NCBI GenBank assembly: GCA_041662625.1
Contig: JBAZSB010000001.1
Location: 182,467 to 246,466 of the forward strand
DNA: 64,000 nucleotides
DNA from: Patescibacteria group bacterium
GTDB lineage: Bacteria; Patescibacteriota; Patescibacteriia; Buchananbacterales; UBA6539
Direction: 5' to 3'
The translations under genes were made by a program, and so were the position numbers. The notes below the pieces were generated by a model that saw only the letters and a program-made list of their open reading frames with translations, was not told where the DNA came from and searched no databases. Shown here in pieces: positions 9,459 through 19,071 of this stretch. Numbering within the stretch: position 1 is the stretch's first letter; every line of letters begins with the position of its first letter.

Positions 9459-11756
9459 ATGAAAAAAGTCATTTTTCTCTCATTTTTTATCCTTGGCATT
9501 ACTGCCATAATTGCTCAATTAACCATCATTCGGGAGGCAGTGATTAGTTTTTATGGCAATGAGCTATTTATTGGTTTTGTTTTATCTTTTTGGCTAATTT
9601 GGGTAGCTTTAGGGAGTGGGGTTTTGGCTAAATTTTTTAAACCATCATTTTCTTCAAAAATTTTAGTTATTTGTCATTTCCTTATCCCCTTTTTATTTTT
9701 AGCCGAAGTAATCTTTCTTCGCTTGACTAGACATATTTTAGGCAGCTTGGGGCAAGTGCCTGATTTAATTTTAAGTCTTGGTTATCTTTTATTGATTAGC
9801 TCTTCTCTTTGTTTAATTTTAGGCTTACAGTTCACGGTTGCTAGTCGTTATTTAATCAATGTTGGTAATCAGGAGCCAAGTGGTTTTCGCCAGCTATTTA
9901 AGTGGCTGAAAGAAAAATTTTTTGGCCGCAAAACTACTAATATTGCTTATTTGGTCAGTCAGGGTTATTTTTATGAAACTTTGGGTTTGGTTATTGGTGG
10001 TTTGATCTACTTTTATATTCTTGTTTATTTTGATGCTATCAGTTTATTTTTTATTTTAGCCGTCATTAATTTGGTAATTTTAATTTTTTTAGTAAAATTG
10101 AAAATAACCAGAATAGTGGCCGCGAGTTTTTTGGTAATTATTATCGCCCTTTGGCTAATGCCTGGGTTTTCTTGGCAGTTGCAGCAGCTGACTAATAGTT
10201 GGCGGTTTGCCGGTCAAAAGTTATTAGAAACTAAAAGTTCAAAATTTGGTAATTTGGCGGTAACCAAGACTGGTGATCAGTATAATTTTTATGAGAGTGG
10301 TTTATTACTTGGTTCAACCCAAGATTGGTTTTCTAATGAAGATGTAATCCATCTCCCCTTACTTTATCATCCTGATCCTAAAAGGATTCTTTTGATTGGC
10401 GGCGGATTCAATGGTGCCCTTAACGAAATTTTAAAATATCCAGTCGACTCTATTGATTATTTGGAGTTAGATCCAGATTTAGTTACTGTAGTTAAGCCTT
10501 ATTTACCGCTTGAGATTTTAGCTGCTCAAAATGATAAACGGGTTAATTTTGTTTCTACTGACGGTTTATATTTTATCAAAACTACCAAACAAAATTTTGA
10601 TTTGGTAATTTTAGATTTACCTAACCCCACTACTGCCCTGTTGAATCGTTTCTATACCATAGAATTTTTTAGAGCAACTAAGCTAAAATTAGCCCCTGAA
10701 GGAATTCTGGCTATCAAATTAAATTCCTTGGAGAATTATTATCCTTTGGAATTAGAAAAAATAAATCAGTTAATTTATCAAAGTTTAAGCAAAGTTTATC
10801 CTTCAGTTATAGTTTTACCCGATGAAAAAAATCTATATTTAGCAAGCAGCATTAAACTTAATTATGATCCTTGGCCGTTATTAAATCGATTTAACCGTAA
10901 TCATTTGAAGAATCAACTGGTAACCAGAGATTATATCTATTATCGGTTGACTAATGATCGGGTGGCCCAAACGTTAGCCGACTTTGAGAATCTCAACGAA
11001 ATTAATGCTAATCAACAGCCAATTGGCTATTGGTACCAAAATTTATTTTGGCTTTCGGCCCATCATCCCCGCTTGGCCGGATTTTTAGGTCTTGTTAGTG
11101 ATATCAGTTTAACCAAAATAATTATCACTAGTTTTATTTTATTTTTTGCGGTTTTTTATATTCTTGATGTTTTGGTTAAAAGAAAAGAAAGAATTCTTGC
11201 CGCTTTGACCATTGTCCCAGATTTTTCTTTGCTGGGTGCTGAAATCATTTTTATTTTTCTTTTCCAGGCAATTCATGGTTATCTTTACTATCAGTTAAGT
11301 TTAATTTTTACCATAACTTTTTTAGGTATCGGTTTAGGAGTTTGGTTGGCAAATTTTTTAATTTCTTTGGGCAAAGTTAAATATGCTTATTTGATTCGCT
11401 TGTATTTCTGTATTAGCCTTTATTTTTTAATTTTGGCCCTTATTATTGTTTTTTCCCCTAAAGCGCTAGAGCTGCCTGTCTTTTTCTACTGGTTAGTTTT
11501 TGTAATTGGTTTTTTGGTTGGGATGGAATTCCCCTTGGCTAATAAATTTTATTTAAAGTTTAAACTTGACCCGGCCAAACAAACCAGTACAATCTATGGG
11601 GCAGATTTGATTGGTTCAAGTTTAGGCGCGATTTTTGCCAGTATTTTTCTTTTGCCAATTTTAGGCTTTATCCAAACTATTATTTTGTTAACCCTGCTTA
11701 ACTTTTTAGCCTTTATCGCTTTGTTTTTTCTGCGGCAGAATTTTGAAGAGGAATAA
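9459..11756 (+). CDS. Multi-pass membrane protein with an embedded spermidine-synthase-like (polyamine aminopropyltransferase, PABS) domain
   Basis: ILLIGGGFNGALNEIL...DYLELDPDLV...FDLVILDLPNP matches the PABS/SAM-methyltransferase-fold motifs. Many TM helices lie on both sides of that domain. Confidence 0.6.
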   Translation: MKKVIFLSFFILGITAIIAQLTIIREAVISFYGNELFIGFVLSFWLIWVALGSGVLAKFFKPSFSSKILVICHFLIPFLFLAEVIFLRLTRHILGSLGQVPDLILSLGYLLLISSSLCLILGLQFTVASRYLINVGNQEPSGFRQLFKWLKEKFFGRKTTNIAYLVSQGYFYETLGLVIGGLIYFYILVYFDAISLFFILAVINLVILIFLVKLKITRIVAASFLVIIIALWLMPGFSWQLQQLTNSWRFAGQKLLETKSSKFGNLAVTKTGDQYNFYESGLLLGSTQDWFSNEDVIHLPLLYHPDPKRILLIGGGFNGALNEILKYPVDSIDYLELDPDLVTVVKPYLPLEILAAQNDKRVNFVSTDGLYFIKTTKQNFDLVILDLPNPTTALLNRFYTIEFFRATKLKLAPEGILAIKLNSLENYYPLELEKINQLIYQSLSKVYPSVIVLPDEKNLYLASSIKLNYDPWPLLNRFNRNHLKNQLVTRDYIYYRLTNDRVAQTLADFENLNEINANQQPIGYWYQNLFWLSAHHPRLAGFLGLVSDISLTKIIITSFILFFAVFYILDVLVKRKERILAALTIVPDFSLLGAEIIFIFLFQAIHGYLYYQLSLIFTITFLGIGLGVWLANFLISLGKVKYAYLIRLYFCISLYFLILALIIVFSPKALELPVFFYWLVFVIGFLVGMEFPLANKFYLKFKLDPAKQTSTIYGADLIGSSLGAIFASIFLLPILGFIQTIILLTLLNFLAFIALFFLRQNFEEE

Positions 11757-11962
11757 AATGCCCGAGTCCTATTATTTTTTTCGTAGATTATTGACAATTT
11801 GATTTTTTAGTTAATCCACAGCTTATTAAGATTAAAATTTGACAAGGGTTTTATTTTTTTTCTCTAAATTTTTATCTTTAAAAACCGGTGGATAACTTAT
11901 TTTAACCGGAATAGTGCCAAATTTTTATTGAGCACTTTTTTTATTCAGTTGACTTTATTTTT

Positions 11963-12403
11963 TCATCGCCGGGTATAAAGTCCGATTAATTCCGTTTGGT
12001 TGATAATGTGATCTTTTATTACTATTTCCAATTGTTGTTTGTCCGCATTTTGATCAAGATTAAGGTCGGTGTCTAAGGCGTATAATTTAAAGAAATAGCG
12101 GTGAGTGCCTTTTGGTGGACAAGGACCGCCGTAGCCGGGTTGGCCGAAGCTAGTCGTCCCTTCAACAGCACCAGATGGGACACTGTTTTCTGTAATTTCT
12201 TTGGTTTGTGGTTTAATATTCCAAACTAACCAATGAACCCAATCACCCGCTGCGGCATCTGGATCATCAACAATTAAAACCAAACTTTTGGTATCTTCAG
12301 GCATATCGGAAATTTCTAAGGGTGGATTAATGTCTTGACCATCACAGGTATATTGGACCGGGATTGCCTCGTTATTTTTAAAAGCTGGGCTATTTAGTTT
12401 CAT
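11963..12403 (-). CDS. PEBP-family protein (YbhB/YbcL, Raf-kinase-inhibitor-like)
   Basis: YTCDGQDINPPLEI...HRYFFKLYALDTDL is the classic bacterial PEBP signature. Confidence 0.8.
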   Translation of the reverse strand: MKLNSPAFKNNEAIPVQYTCDGQDINPPLEISDMPEDTKSLVLIVDDPDAAAGDWVHWLVWNIKPQTKEITENSVPSGAVEGTTSFGQPGYGGPCPPKGTHRYFFKLYALDTDLNLDQNADKQQLEIVIKDHIINQTELIGLYTRR

Positions 12404-12684
12404 CCCGTTAGAGATAGGAAGCGTTTTAAACGATTCCTTAAATATCGTTTACCCATACCTAATTTTAGATACTGTTCTCGGGCAAAAGAGTCTTTTTTGT
12501 TAAGACAGGCTTCGTAATATATTAAATCAAAATGGCCTCGACCTTTAGTAGCTGTAACTTCGTTATTATTATGTTGTTTAAAACGCTTCCGTAAATCCGA
12601 TGTGCAACCAGTATACCAACTTTTATTCTTTTTACTCTGTAATAAATATACATACCGCACATGTTTATCTCTAACGGGATTCAT
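12400..12684 (-). CDS. GIY-YIG nuclease-domain protein (UPF0213-like)
   Basis: YVYLLQSKKNKSWYTGCTSDLRKRFKQHN matches the GIY-YIG motif. Confidence 0.7.
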   Translation of the reverse strand: MNPVRDKHVRYVYLLQSKKNKSWYTGCTSDLRKRFKQHNNNEVTATKGRGHFDLIYYEACLNKKDSFAREQYLKLGMGKRYLRNRLKRFLSLTG

Positions 12685-13279
12685 ATTGTTTTTCCCTTAA
12701 AAATTTTTTAAGTTTAACAAAAGCCTGAGCGCGGTGACTTAAAAGATTTTTTTGTTCCACGGGAATTTCGGCAAAAGTTTTATTAAGACCTTGGGGAATA
12801 AAAATTAAGTCATAAGGCAAGTTTTTGCGCGGTGTCCCCTTGGGTTCCAAGGTAATTTGGCCATTAATTTTGCCTTCAAAAGTCCAGGTTCGGCCATCGG
12901 GTGCTACTAAAGCCGCTATTGTTTCGAAATAAGCTTGGCGTTGACCAAGTGGTACATCTTTCATCTTTTTTAAGGTGAACTCGATGATTTTTTCCGCTTT
13001 GGCTTTTTTACCGGCCCAGCGGGCACTCATGATGCCGGGTTTACCAGCTAAAGCCTCAATAAAAATACCACTGTCATCGGCTAAAGCCCATTCCCCTGTC
13101 TTCTTACTAACCTCCCGGGCCTTTTTTAAAGAATTTTCTGTCAAGGTTTGGCCGTCTTCTTCAATCTCTTCGGTGATCCCGGCTTGCTCAATACTTAAAA
13201 CTTCGATTTCTAAGTCTTTTAGAATCGCTTTAATTTCTTTAATCTTTCCTTGGTTGGTGGTGGCAAATATTATTTTCAT
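12671..13279 (-). CDS. rdgB: dITP/XTP pyrophosphatase (non-canonical purine NTP pyrophosphatase, RdgB/HAM1)
   Basis: FATTNQGKIKEI...ADDSGIFIEALAGKPGIMSARWAG matches the HAM1 family motifs. Confidence 0.85.
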   Translation of the reverse strand: MKIIFATTNQGKIKEIKAILKDLEIEVLSIEQAGITEEIEEDGQTLTENSLKKAREVSKKTGEWALADDSGIFIEALAGKPGIMSARWAGKKAKAEKIIEFTLKKMKDVPLGQRQAYFETIAALVAPDGRTWTFEGKINGQITLEPKGTPRKNLPYDLIFIPQGLNKTFAEIPVEQKNLLSHRAQAFVKLKKFLREKQYESR

Positions 13280-13343
13280 ATTTAAAAATTAAGGTTAGAA
13301 TTTATTTTTTTAATCCTTGACTCTCTTTTATTATATCACATTT

Positions 13344-13372
13344 AACAAAAAACTCCGCAAGGGCGGAGTTTT
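13344..13372 (-). terminator. Rho-independent terminator (it could act in both directions) downstream of the SPFH gene
   Basis: Hairpin aactccgc-aag-ggcggagtt flanked by an A-run and a T-run. Confidence 0.5.
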
Positions 13373-13393
13373 TATAATTAACTTTATAATTTT

Positions 13394-13954
13394 TTAGCAA
13401 ACTTCTTTCAATAAGACATTTTCAACAAAAATCCCGCGGGGATAAAGAATTCTTTCCAGTTCTTGTCGGGCATTGATTTCAAATTCTGCTCTTTTGGTGG
13501 CGCAGATTTCTTTCAGTTCATATTTGGCGCTAATCATCCTAACGCGGCTTTGGATGGTCGGCCGGACGATTTTTTCCACAAAATTTTGACCGATACTTTG
13601 CCAAATTTCCGGAATTTGTTCTGGATCGAGGCGGAGTAAAATAGTACCCTCAATGGTAATTTTTTTCCCGTCCTGGGTAGTGGCGTTAATCGGCTGATCT
13701 CCGAGTAATTCTGGTTTATCCGGATTATATCTTTTACCAATATCATATTCCAAAGTCTGGGTGTTAAAAAGTGTAGCTTTTTGCCAGAAAGGAATTTTTA
13801 AATGGAGTCCTGGTTTATAGATTTTTTTTAAGACTCCCCGGCCCAAGTCATAAACCGCCGCTACATAACCGGGTGGAACATGAATAAAAAATCCTTTTAA
13901 TACATCTTCGACGACGAAGGAATACATTAATTTGTCTAAGCCTTCTTCGGCCAT
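13394..13954 (-). CDS. SPFH/band-7 (prohibitin-like) domain protein
   Basis: Pattern typical of SPFH domains (VPPGYVAAVYDLGRGVLKKIYKPGLHLKIPF...). No clear TM segment. Confidence 0.55.
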   Translation of the reverse strand: MAEEGLDKLMYSFVVEDVLKGFFIHVPPGYVAAVYDLGRGVLKKIYKPGLHLKIPFWQKATLFNTQTLEYDIGKRYNPDKPELLGDQPINATTQDGKKITIEGTILLRLDPEQIPEIWQSIGQNFVEKIVRPTIQSRVRMISAKYELKEICATKRAEFEINARQELERILYPRGIFVENVLLKEVC

Positions 13955-13965
13955 ATTTTTTGTGA

Positions 13966-14682
13966 TTAAGTCTTTTGTTTAGCCTTATTTATACTTATTC
14001 TTATTAAACCTGTAATTATTGATATTATAGAGGAAAATATTAACGATGTCAAAATGAAAATTGATTTAACTGAGGGTAGAATCGCCAAAATTAAGAAAAC
14101 TGAGGCAGGAAATAATAAGCTGTAGATTTGTTCCTTTTTTGAGGTTTCACCCCGTCGTTCCCAGAAATTGATTGCAATATGGCCAAAAAGATAACCGGCG
14201 ACAATCGCTGGCATTATTAAGTTTCTTTCTGAAATATCAAACCATAAAAATTTGGTATTGATAAAATCTGGCCGGGGAATCCCAGGGTATAAAAGATGAA
14301 GTTTTGCTTCAGTGTTGATGCCGCCCATGAAAACTCGATATAAAAGAACTAAGACTAAACCCTGGACTCCTAAAACTACGGCTTTGGCCCAAGGTCGAAT
14401 TTTTTTCTTTTTTAAAAGTTGGCGGACCATTAGTTTTTGTTGGACCGGATCACTAGCAAAATCTTTTTTAATTTGTTTTATTTCCTGTCTTAATTTAAGG
14501 CTAATGAGTTTCCCCCGTTCGCTGAGGATGGTAAAAGGCAGAAGAGCAATCCGTAGAATAATAGTCAGAATAACAACAGCGACGCCTAAATTATACCAAG
14601 AGTGATTTAGGTAGAGCCAAACCAGAAAATTAAAAAGCGGAAGATAGAGGTATTGTTGCCAAATAAGGCTGAGTATTTCCAT
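13966..14682 (-). CDS. yidC: YidC/Oxa1-family membrane protein insertase (short form)
   Basis: GVAVVILTIILRIALLPFT...KLISLKLRQEIKQIKKDF...QQKLMVRQLLKK matches the YidC core around TM2 and the amphipathic helix. Size is about 240 aa, as for SpoIIIJ-type YidC. Confidence 0.55.
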   Translation of the reverse strand: MEILSLIWQQYLYLPLFNFLVWLYLNHSWYNLGVAVVILTIILRIALLPFTILSERGKLISLKLRQEIKQIKKDFASDPVQQKLMVRQLLKKKKIRPWAKAVVLGVQGLVLVLLYRVFMGGINTEAKLHLLYPGIPRPDFINTKFLWFDISERNLIMPAIVAGYLFGHIAINFWERRGETSKKEQIYSLLFPASVFLILAILPSVKSIFILTSLIFSSIISIITGLIRISINKAKQKT

Positions 14683-14725
14683 AATTTAATTTGGATATTT
14701 TTAAGCTGGGCATCTCGCCGCAAAC

Positions 14726-14796
14726 CTCGGGGACCAGGATTCGGACCTGGATAAACGGGACCAAAACCCGTTGTCCTGCCATTAGACGATCCCCGA
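14726..14796 (-). tRNA. tRNA-Gln (anticodon TTG). CCA is not encoded.
   Basis: Hand-folded cloverleaf. Acceptor stem TCGGGGA/TCCCCGA with U1-A72, as in E. coli tRNA-Gln. D-arm GTC..GAC. Anticodon stem ACGGG/CCCGT with loop TTTTGGT. T-arm CCAGG-TCCGAAT-CCTGG. Confidence 0.7.
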
Positions 14797-14946
14797 GGTT
14801 TGCGGCGGGGCAAGCTAAATCAATTGTTCGACCCTCTCCCGACGCCACTTCGGGTTTAAATGATCCCTGAATACTTGTTTATTTAAGCTTATTTTACAGC
14901 CCTTTACCTTAATAAAAAAAAGGAAATTTGTCAATAAGTAAAATTA

Positions 14947-15864
14947 CTAAACTTTAAGATATCTTCTGATTGCGATACTACTACTTACCATATTAAGAAA
15001 GATAACTATTAAAAGCTCAAGGCCAAAAATTTGCCAAAAGTTTTTATTAAAATGTTCAATTAGATTAAATTCATCAGATAGAAAGAATTGGTTTAAGTGA
15101 GGTTGGATGAGATTAAGTAGCGGATAAACAATTGCAATTGAAACTACGCAGGCGATAACTCCATAAAAAATTGCTTCCAAAAGAAAGGGACTGCGGATAA
15201 ACCAATTAGTTGCTCCGACTAATTTCATGACGCCAATTTCTTGACGATGCGTATAAATAGCGACCCGAATTGTATTGAAGACGATCAATAAAGCAATAAG
15301 AATAAAAATTCCCGAAGCAAAAAACCCTATCCGTTTGATATTATCGGAAAGATTTTTGATTTTACTGATGTAGGCCTGGTGATCGTCAAAATTTTTATCT
15401 AAGATTAAGTCGTTATATTTTGAATTATTCAAAACATCCATAATCGCCGGATAGTCTTCAATATTTTTGGCTTTAATTTGAAGGGTTGCGCCAATAGGAT
15501 TTTGCTCCAGCTCTTCTAAAGATTCAATGATTACTGAGTCCTGCCGGTGGAGTTGGCGGAATTTTTCCAAAGCTTCTTGCTGGGAAATATAGTTGATCTC
15601 TTTTACCTGGGTTAAAGAGGAGAGATAGGTTTTGACCTCTAAAACTTGGGGTTCGACAACATCAGGCTTGAAGTAGAGGCTAACGTCGACTTTATTTTTA
15701 ATTATGTCAGTAGCGGCATTACTGATGATGTTGACCACAATTAAAAAATTAATCGAAATAAAAGTCAAAACAATAATAGTAATCGTAACAACGGAAAGCC
15801 AGATATTTCGCCAAAAGCTTTGCCAGGCAAAAACGAAAATACGATAGATTGAAGCTAGAACCAT
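14947..15864 (-). CDS. ftsX: Cell-division ABC transporter permease FtsX
   Basis: Four-TM FtsX architecture with a periplasmic loop. It lies directly downstream of ftsE. Confidence 0.85.
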   Translation of the reverse strand: MVLASIYRIFVFAWQSFWRNIWLSVVTITIIVLTFISINFLIVVNIISNAATDIIKNKVDVSLYFKPDVVEPQVLEVKTYLSSLTQVKEINYISQQEALEKFRQLHRQDSVIIESLEELEQNPIGATLQIKAKNIEDYPAIMDVLNNSKYNDLILDKNFDDHQAYISKIKNLSDNIKRIGFFASGIFILIALLIVFNTIRVAIYTHRQEIGVMKLVGATNWFIRSPFLLEAIFYGVIACVVSIAIVYPLLNLIQPHLNQFFLSDEFNLIEHFNKNFWQIFGLELLIVIFLNMVSSSIAIRRYLKV

Positions 15865-15904
15865 ATTTTTAGCAAAATTTTAAACCAGGGATGGCTGGGA
15901 AAAA

Positions 15905-16585
15905 TTAAAGTAAATATTTACCGATTTTTTGGTCGGAAATAATCGTGCCATTATCCAAAGTGACCACGCGCTTATTAATTGAATTAACCACTTCTCGGTT
16001 ATGAGTAACTAAAACCACAGTTGTTCCAAATTCGTTAATTTTTAGTAGCAAGTCAACAATTTCTTTCGTGTTGATTGAATCAAGGTTGCCGGTCGGCTCA
16101 TCGGCGACTAGAATTTTTGGCCGATGAACTAATGATCGGGCAATCGCCACTCTTTGAGCTTCGCCGCCGGAAAGTTGAATTGGGTAGCGGTCTTCTTTGC
16201 CTGTTAAGCCGACAATTTTTAAGACTTGGGGGATAATTTCTTTACATTTTTGAGTATTGGTGCCACAAACCTCTAAAGCAAAGGCGATGTTTTCAAATAC
16301 GGTTTTTTTCGCTAACAATTTGAAATCCTGAAAAACCACGCCGATTTGCCGGCGCAAAATCGGAACTTCACTTGATTTAATTTCAGTTACATCCCAGCCG
16401 CCGACAATCATCCGGCCTTTGGTTGGTTTTTCTTCAGCAATTAAGACTTTAACTAAAGTAGTCTTCCCTGTGCCACTGCGGCCGACAATTGAGACAAATT
16501 CTTTTGGCTTGATATGCAGATTGACATTCTTTAATGCCGTAACATCAGGGGGATAAATTTTAGTAATATTTTTGAAAATTATCAT
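15905..16585 (-). CDS. ftsE: Cell-division ATP-binding protein FtsE
   Basis: ABC ATPase motifs GRSGTGKTT, LSGGEAQRVAIAR and ILVADEPTGNLD. Confidence 0.9.
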   Translation of the reverse strand: MIIFKNITKIYPPDVTALKNVNLHIKPKEFVSIVGRSGTGKTTLVKVLIAEEKPTKGRMIVGGWDVTEIKSSEVPILRRQIGVVFQDFKLLAKKTVFENIAFALEVCGTNTQKCKEIIPQVLKIVGLTGKEDRYPIQLSGGEAQRVAIARSLVHRPKILVADEPTGNLDSINTKEIVDLLLKINEFGTTVVLVTHNREVVNSINKRVVTLDNGTIISDQKIGKYLL

Positions 16586-16643
16586 TATTTTTTTGGGACT
16601 TTTATTATTTTTAAAATTTGTTTATAATGCTTTAGTAAGTTAG

Positions 16644-16715
16644 GCGGGTGTCGTATAACGGCTATTATATCAGCTTCCCAAGCTGAGGACGGCGGTTCGA
16701 CTCCGCTCACCCGCT
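16644..16715 (+). tRNA. tRNA-Gly (anticodon CCC)
   Basis: Acceptor stem GCGGGTG/CACCCGC. Anticodon stem TCAGC/GCTGA with loop TTCCCAA. T-arm GGCGG-TTCGACT-CCGCT. Confidence 0.7.
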
Positions 16716-16763
16716 CAGGATAATTAAAGCAGTCATTACTTTACTTTTCCCCTGCCTTCTTTA

Positions 16764-16839
16764 GCCGATGTAGCTCAGCTGGTAGAGCAACGCACTCGTA
16801 ACGCGTAGGTCGCCGGTTCAAGCCCGGCCATCGGCTCCA
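16764..16839 (+). tRNA. tRNA-Thr (anticodon CGT). CCA is encoded.
   Basis: Acceptor stem GCCGATG/CATCGGC. D-arm GCTCAGCTGGTAGAGC. Anticodon loop CTCGTAA. T-arm GCCGG-TTCAAGC-CCGGC. 3' end TCCA. Confidence 0.8.
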
Positions 16840-16858
16840 GAAGATGCTGGATGAGTGA

Positions 16859-17986
16859 TTACAGTCTGACAAATTGCCAAATTTTGCTTTTTTGCTTAAA
16901 TTCCGCCAGGTAACTATCCAGATCCTGGCTACGAATTAAAATATGTCTTGCCCTGATTTGGGTTATTTCACCATTTTCATCGGCCAATTGTTCCTCCACC
17001 TTTATTATGTGATAACCAAATTGGGTTTTAACTAGTTCACTGGTTTCACCTGGCTTTAAACTAAATGCCGCTTGCTCAAATTCAGGTAGCATCTGGCCTT
17101 TGCCAAAATAACCTAAGTCACCACCCGATATTGCCGTGATATCCTCACTATATTGCTTGGCCAACTCAGCAAATGATTGGCCAGTTTTTAATTTGGTTAA
17201 AATTTCCTCTGCCTTTTTTCTAGCCTCTTGATTAATTCGATCATCTAAAGTAACAGCGATGCTCAATTTGTTTTTCAGCACCAAAGGTTCCAGAATTTCT
17301 TTTTGGAATTGATCAAGGGTCCAATTATATAATTTTTTTAACTGCTGAGTTAATGATTCTTGGCTGCCAATTTCGCTGACTAATTTTTGAGTTCTTTCGT
17401 TTATTTCTGTTTGGGTGACAGTCACATTATATTTGTAAGCTAGTTGATTAAGTAACTCTTGCTCAATTATTCGATCTAAAATATGTTTTTGGGTTTCTTC
17501 TAAACTAGGAATTGGTAAATCTGAATTATCATTTTTTTGTTGGTTATAAAAATTTCTCAACGTTTTAACTTGTTGTTGCCAAGTGTAATAAGAGATGGGT
17601 TGATAATTAACAATGACGGCCGGATAAGGAATAATTTTAGTAATATATTCAACAATGGGGTTTTGCCATTTAAATTGATAGAGACCAGCGCCAAAAAGGA
17701 TTAAAACTAAAAAGCAGATAATTATTAACAAGGCAAAAATTTTTAAAAGCTTGCCCTTTTGGTTTCCTTTTCTTCTAGCAATTATTTTTGGCTTTACGGC
17801 AGCCTCTTTGGGTTTTTCCGTTTTAGATTTAGTCGGTTTGTCAGAGATTGGTTTAGGTTTTTGCTCAATTTTTTTTGGTTTGGTTTCGACTCTAACTTCT
17901 TTTTTTGCTTCTATCCATTTTAAAACCACGTCTCTTAGCCTTGTAATTTCCGGATCATCAATTTTGTTTGGTTGCGGGTTATTCAT
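16859..17986 (-). CDS. Membrane-anchored parvulin-type peptidyl-prolyl isomerase (PrsA/SurA-like)
   Basis: N-terminal TM helix. The C-terminal segment [59 protein letters not shown]...IRARHILI carries the parvulin motifs. Confidence 0.7.
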   Translation of the reverse strand: MNNPQPNKIDDPEITRLRDVVLKWIEAKKEVRVETKPKKIEQKPKPISDKPTKSKTEKPKEAAVKPKIIARRKGNQKGKLLKIFALLIIICFLVLILFGAGLYQFKWQNPIVEYITKIIPYPAVIVNYQPISYYTWQQQVKTLRNFYNQQKNDNSDLPIPSLEETQKHILDRIIEQELLNQLAYKYNVTVTQTEINERTQKLVSEIGSQESLTQQLKKLYNWTLDQFQKEILEPLVLKNKLSIAVTLDDRINQEARKKAEEILTKLKTGQSFAELAKQYSEDITAISGGDLGYFGKGQMLPEFEQAAFSLKPGETSELVKTQFGYHIIKVEEQLADENGEITQIRARHILIRSQDLDSYLAEFKQKSKIWQFVRL

Positions 17987-17994
17987 ATTTTTTA

Positions 17995-18399
17995 TTATTC
18001 AAAAAAATATTTCCACCATTTTTGTACATTAGAACTATTTTTATTTTCATTATTTAATGCCAGATTAGATTCAGCTTGATTTATATTATCCTGGTTGGTC
18101 GTTTCGGTAACTACTACTACTTTTTCCCCTTCTTTTTTCAGACCAAGATCTAGCCTCGCTTTTTCTTCAATATAGGCGCTTGAATTGAAATATTTAATTA
18201 ATTCTTTTAATTTAGAATTGCCTTCTTCTAGAGTTTTAATGTCTTTTTCTAACACGGCGACTTCTTGGTCAATCTGAGAGTTTTGTCGCCAACTTTTAAC
18301 TAAATTTATAGCAAAAAAAATCAAAACTATTATCAAAACTAGTAAAACAAGCTTGCCTTTGCCCCTGACTTTGCTTTTTGTGTTGGCTGGAAATTTCAT
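17995..18399 (-). CDS. Septum-formation initiator family protein (FtsB/DivIC/FtsL-like)
   Basis: Single TM helix, then a coiled coil, then [25 protein letters not shown], which matches the DivIC signature. Confidence 0.55.
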   Translation of the reverse strand: MKFPANTKSKVRGKGKLVLLVLIIVLIFFAINLVKSWRQNSQIDQEVAVLEKDIKTLEEGNSKLKELIKYFNSSAYIEEKARLDLGLKKEGEKVVVVTETTNQDNINQAESNLALNNENKNSSNVQKWWKYFFE

Positions 18400-18432
18400 T
18401 AGCAGTTTTATATTTGAATTATATCATTTTTT

Positions 18433-19071
18433 TTAATCCTCTTCAACTCTTCTTTCCTCAGTTTGGCCAATAATTTCATTGAATTTTTCTTCACCAATGC
18501 CAGCTTTGATTTTTTTGACTAAAGCAACCAGCTCTTGGGCTGAAAGTTTGGTTGAATCAAGCTTTTCCTTAAGGGTATCAGCCCTTAATTGCAAGATTAA
18601 TTGCTGGAGTTTATGAGGCTGAGCGACATTTTTAATTTCAATTTTAGTCTTAGAATCGGGTAAGACAATTGAGATATTGCCAGTTTTAGCTAAAGTTTGC
18701 CAAATTCCCTGGGTTTGGTAAAAGATATCCTGAATTTTAGTCAAAGGAATGTCTGAAACAGTCTTTTGGAACATTCCCTTCTGGTCAACGTCAATAATTC
18801 GTTGATTAGTGATGATAAAAGTCTGGAAATACCAGACAATCAAAGCGCGAGTAAGCCATAGAATGCCAACCAAAAGGATGACAGAGAATATGGCTATCCC
18901 AAAGTTGCCCCAAGAGAATAAAAGGTAGAGGAAGAAAAATGGTAAAATAATCAAAATAATTGGTAGTGACAACGAGCTTGTCAGCTTAAGAATTGACTGC
19001 CTGATAATTTTAATGATAATTTCATCCTCATTTAAGATTAAGTTTTTGTAGATTGGTTTATTGTTGGCCAT
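18433..19071 (-). CDS. Membrane protein with a bacterial PH (bPH_2/YdbS-like) domain
   Basis: Two TM helices followed by FIITNQRIIDVDQKGMFQKTVSDIPLTKIQDI, which resembles the bPH_2 core. Confidence 0.5.
   Translation of the reverse strand: MANNKPIYKNLILNEDEIIIKIIRQSILKLTSSLSLPIILIILPFFFLYLLFSWGNFGIAIFSVILLVGILWLTRALIVWYFQTFIITNQRIIDVDQKGMFQKTVSDIPLTKIQDIFYQTQGIWQTLAKTGNISIVLPDSKTKIEIKNVAQPHKLQQLILQLRADTLKEKLDSTKLSAQELVALVKKIKAGIGEEKFNEIIGQTEERRVEED

Noticed and set aside
14607-14848. Two track ORFs (68 and 72 aa, minus strand) overlapping the tRNA-Gln locus
   Set aside because: They are read through the tRNA and its extended stem, and the products are low-complexity Gly/Pro/Arg-rich. The tRNA explains the sequence.
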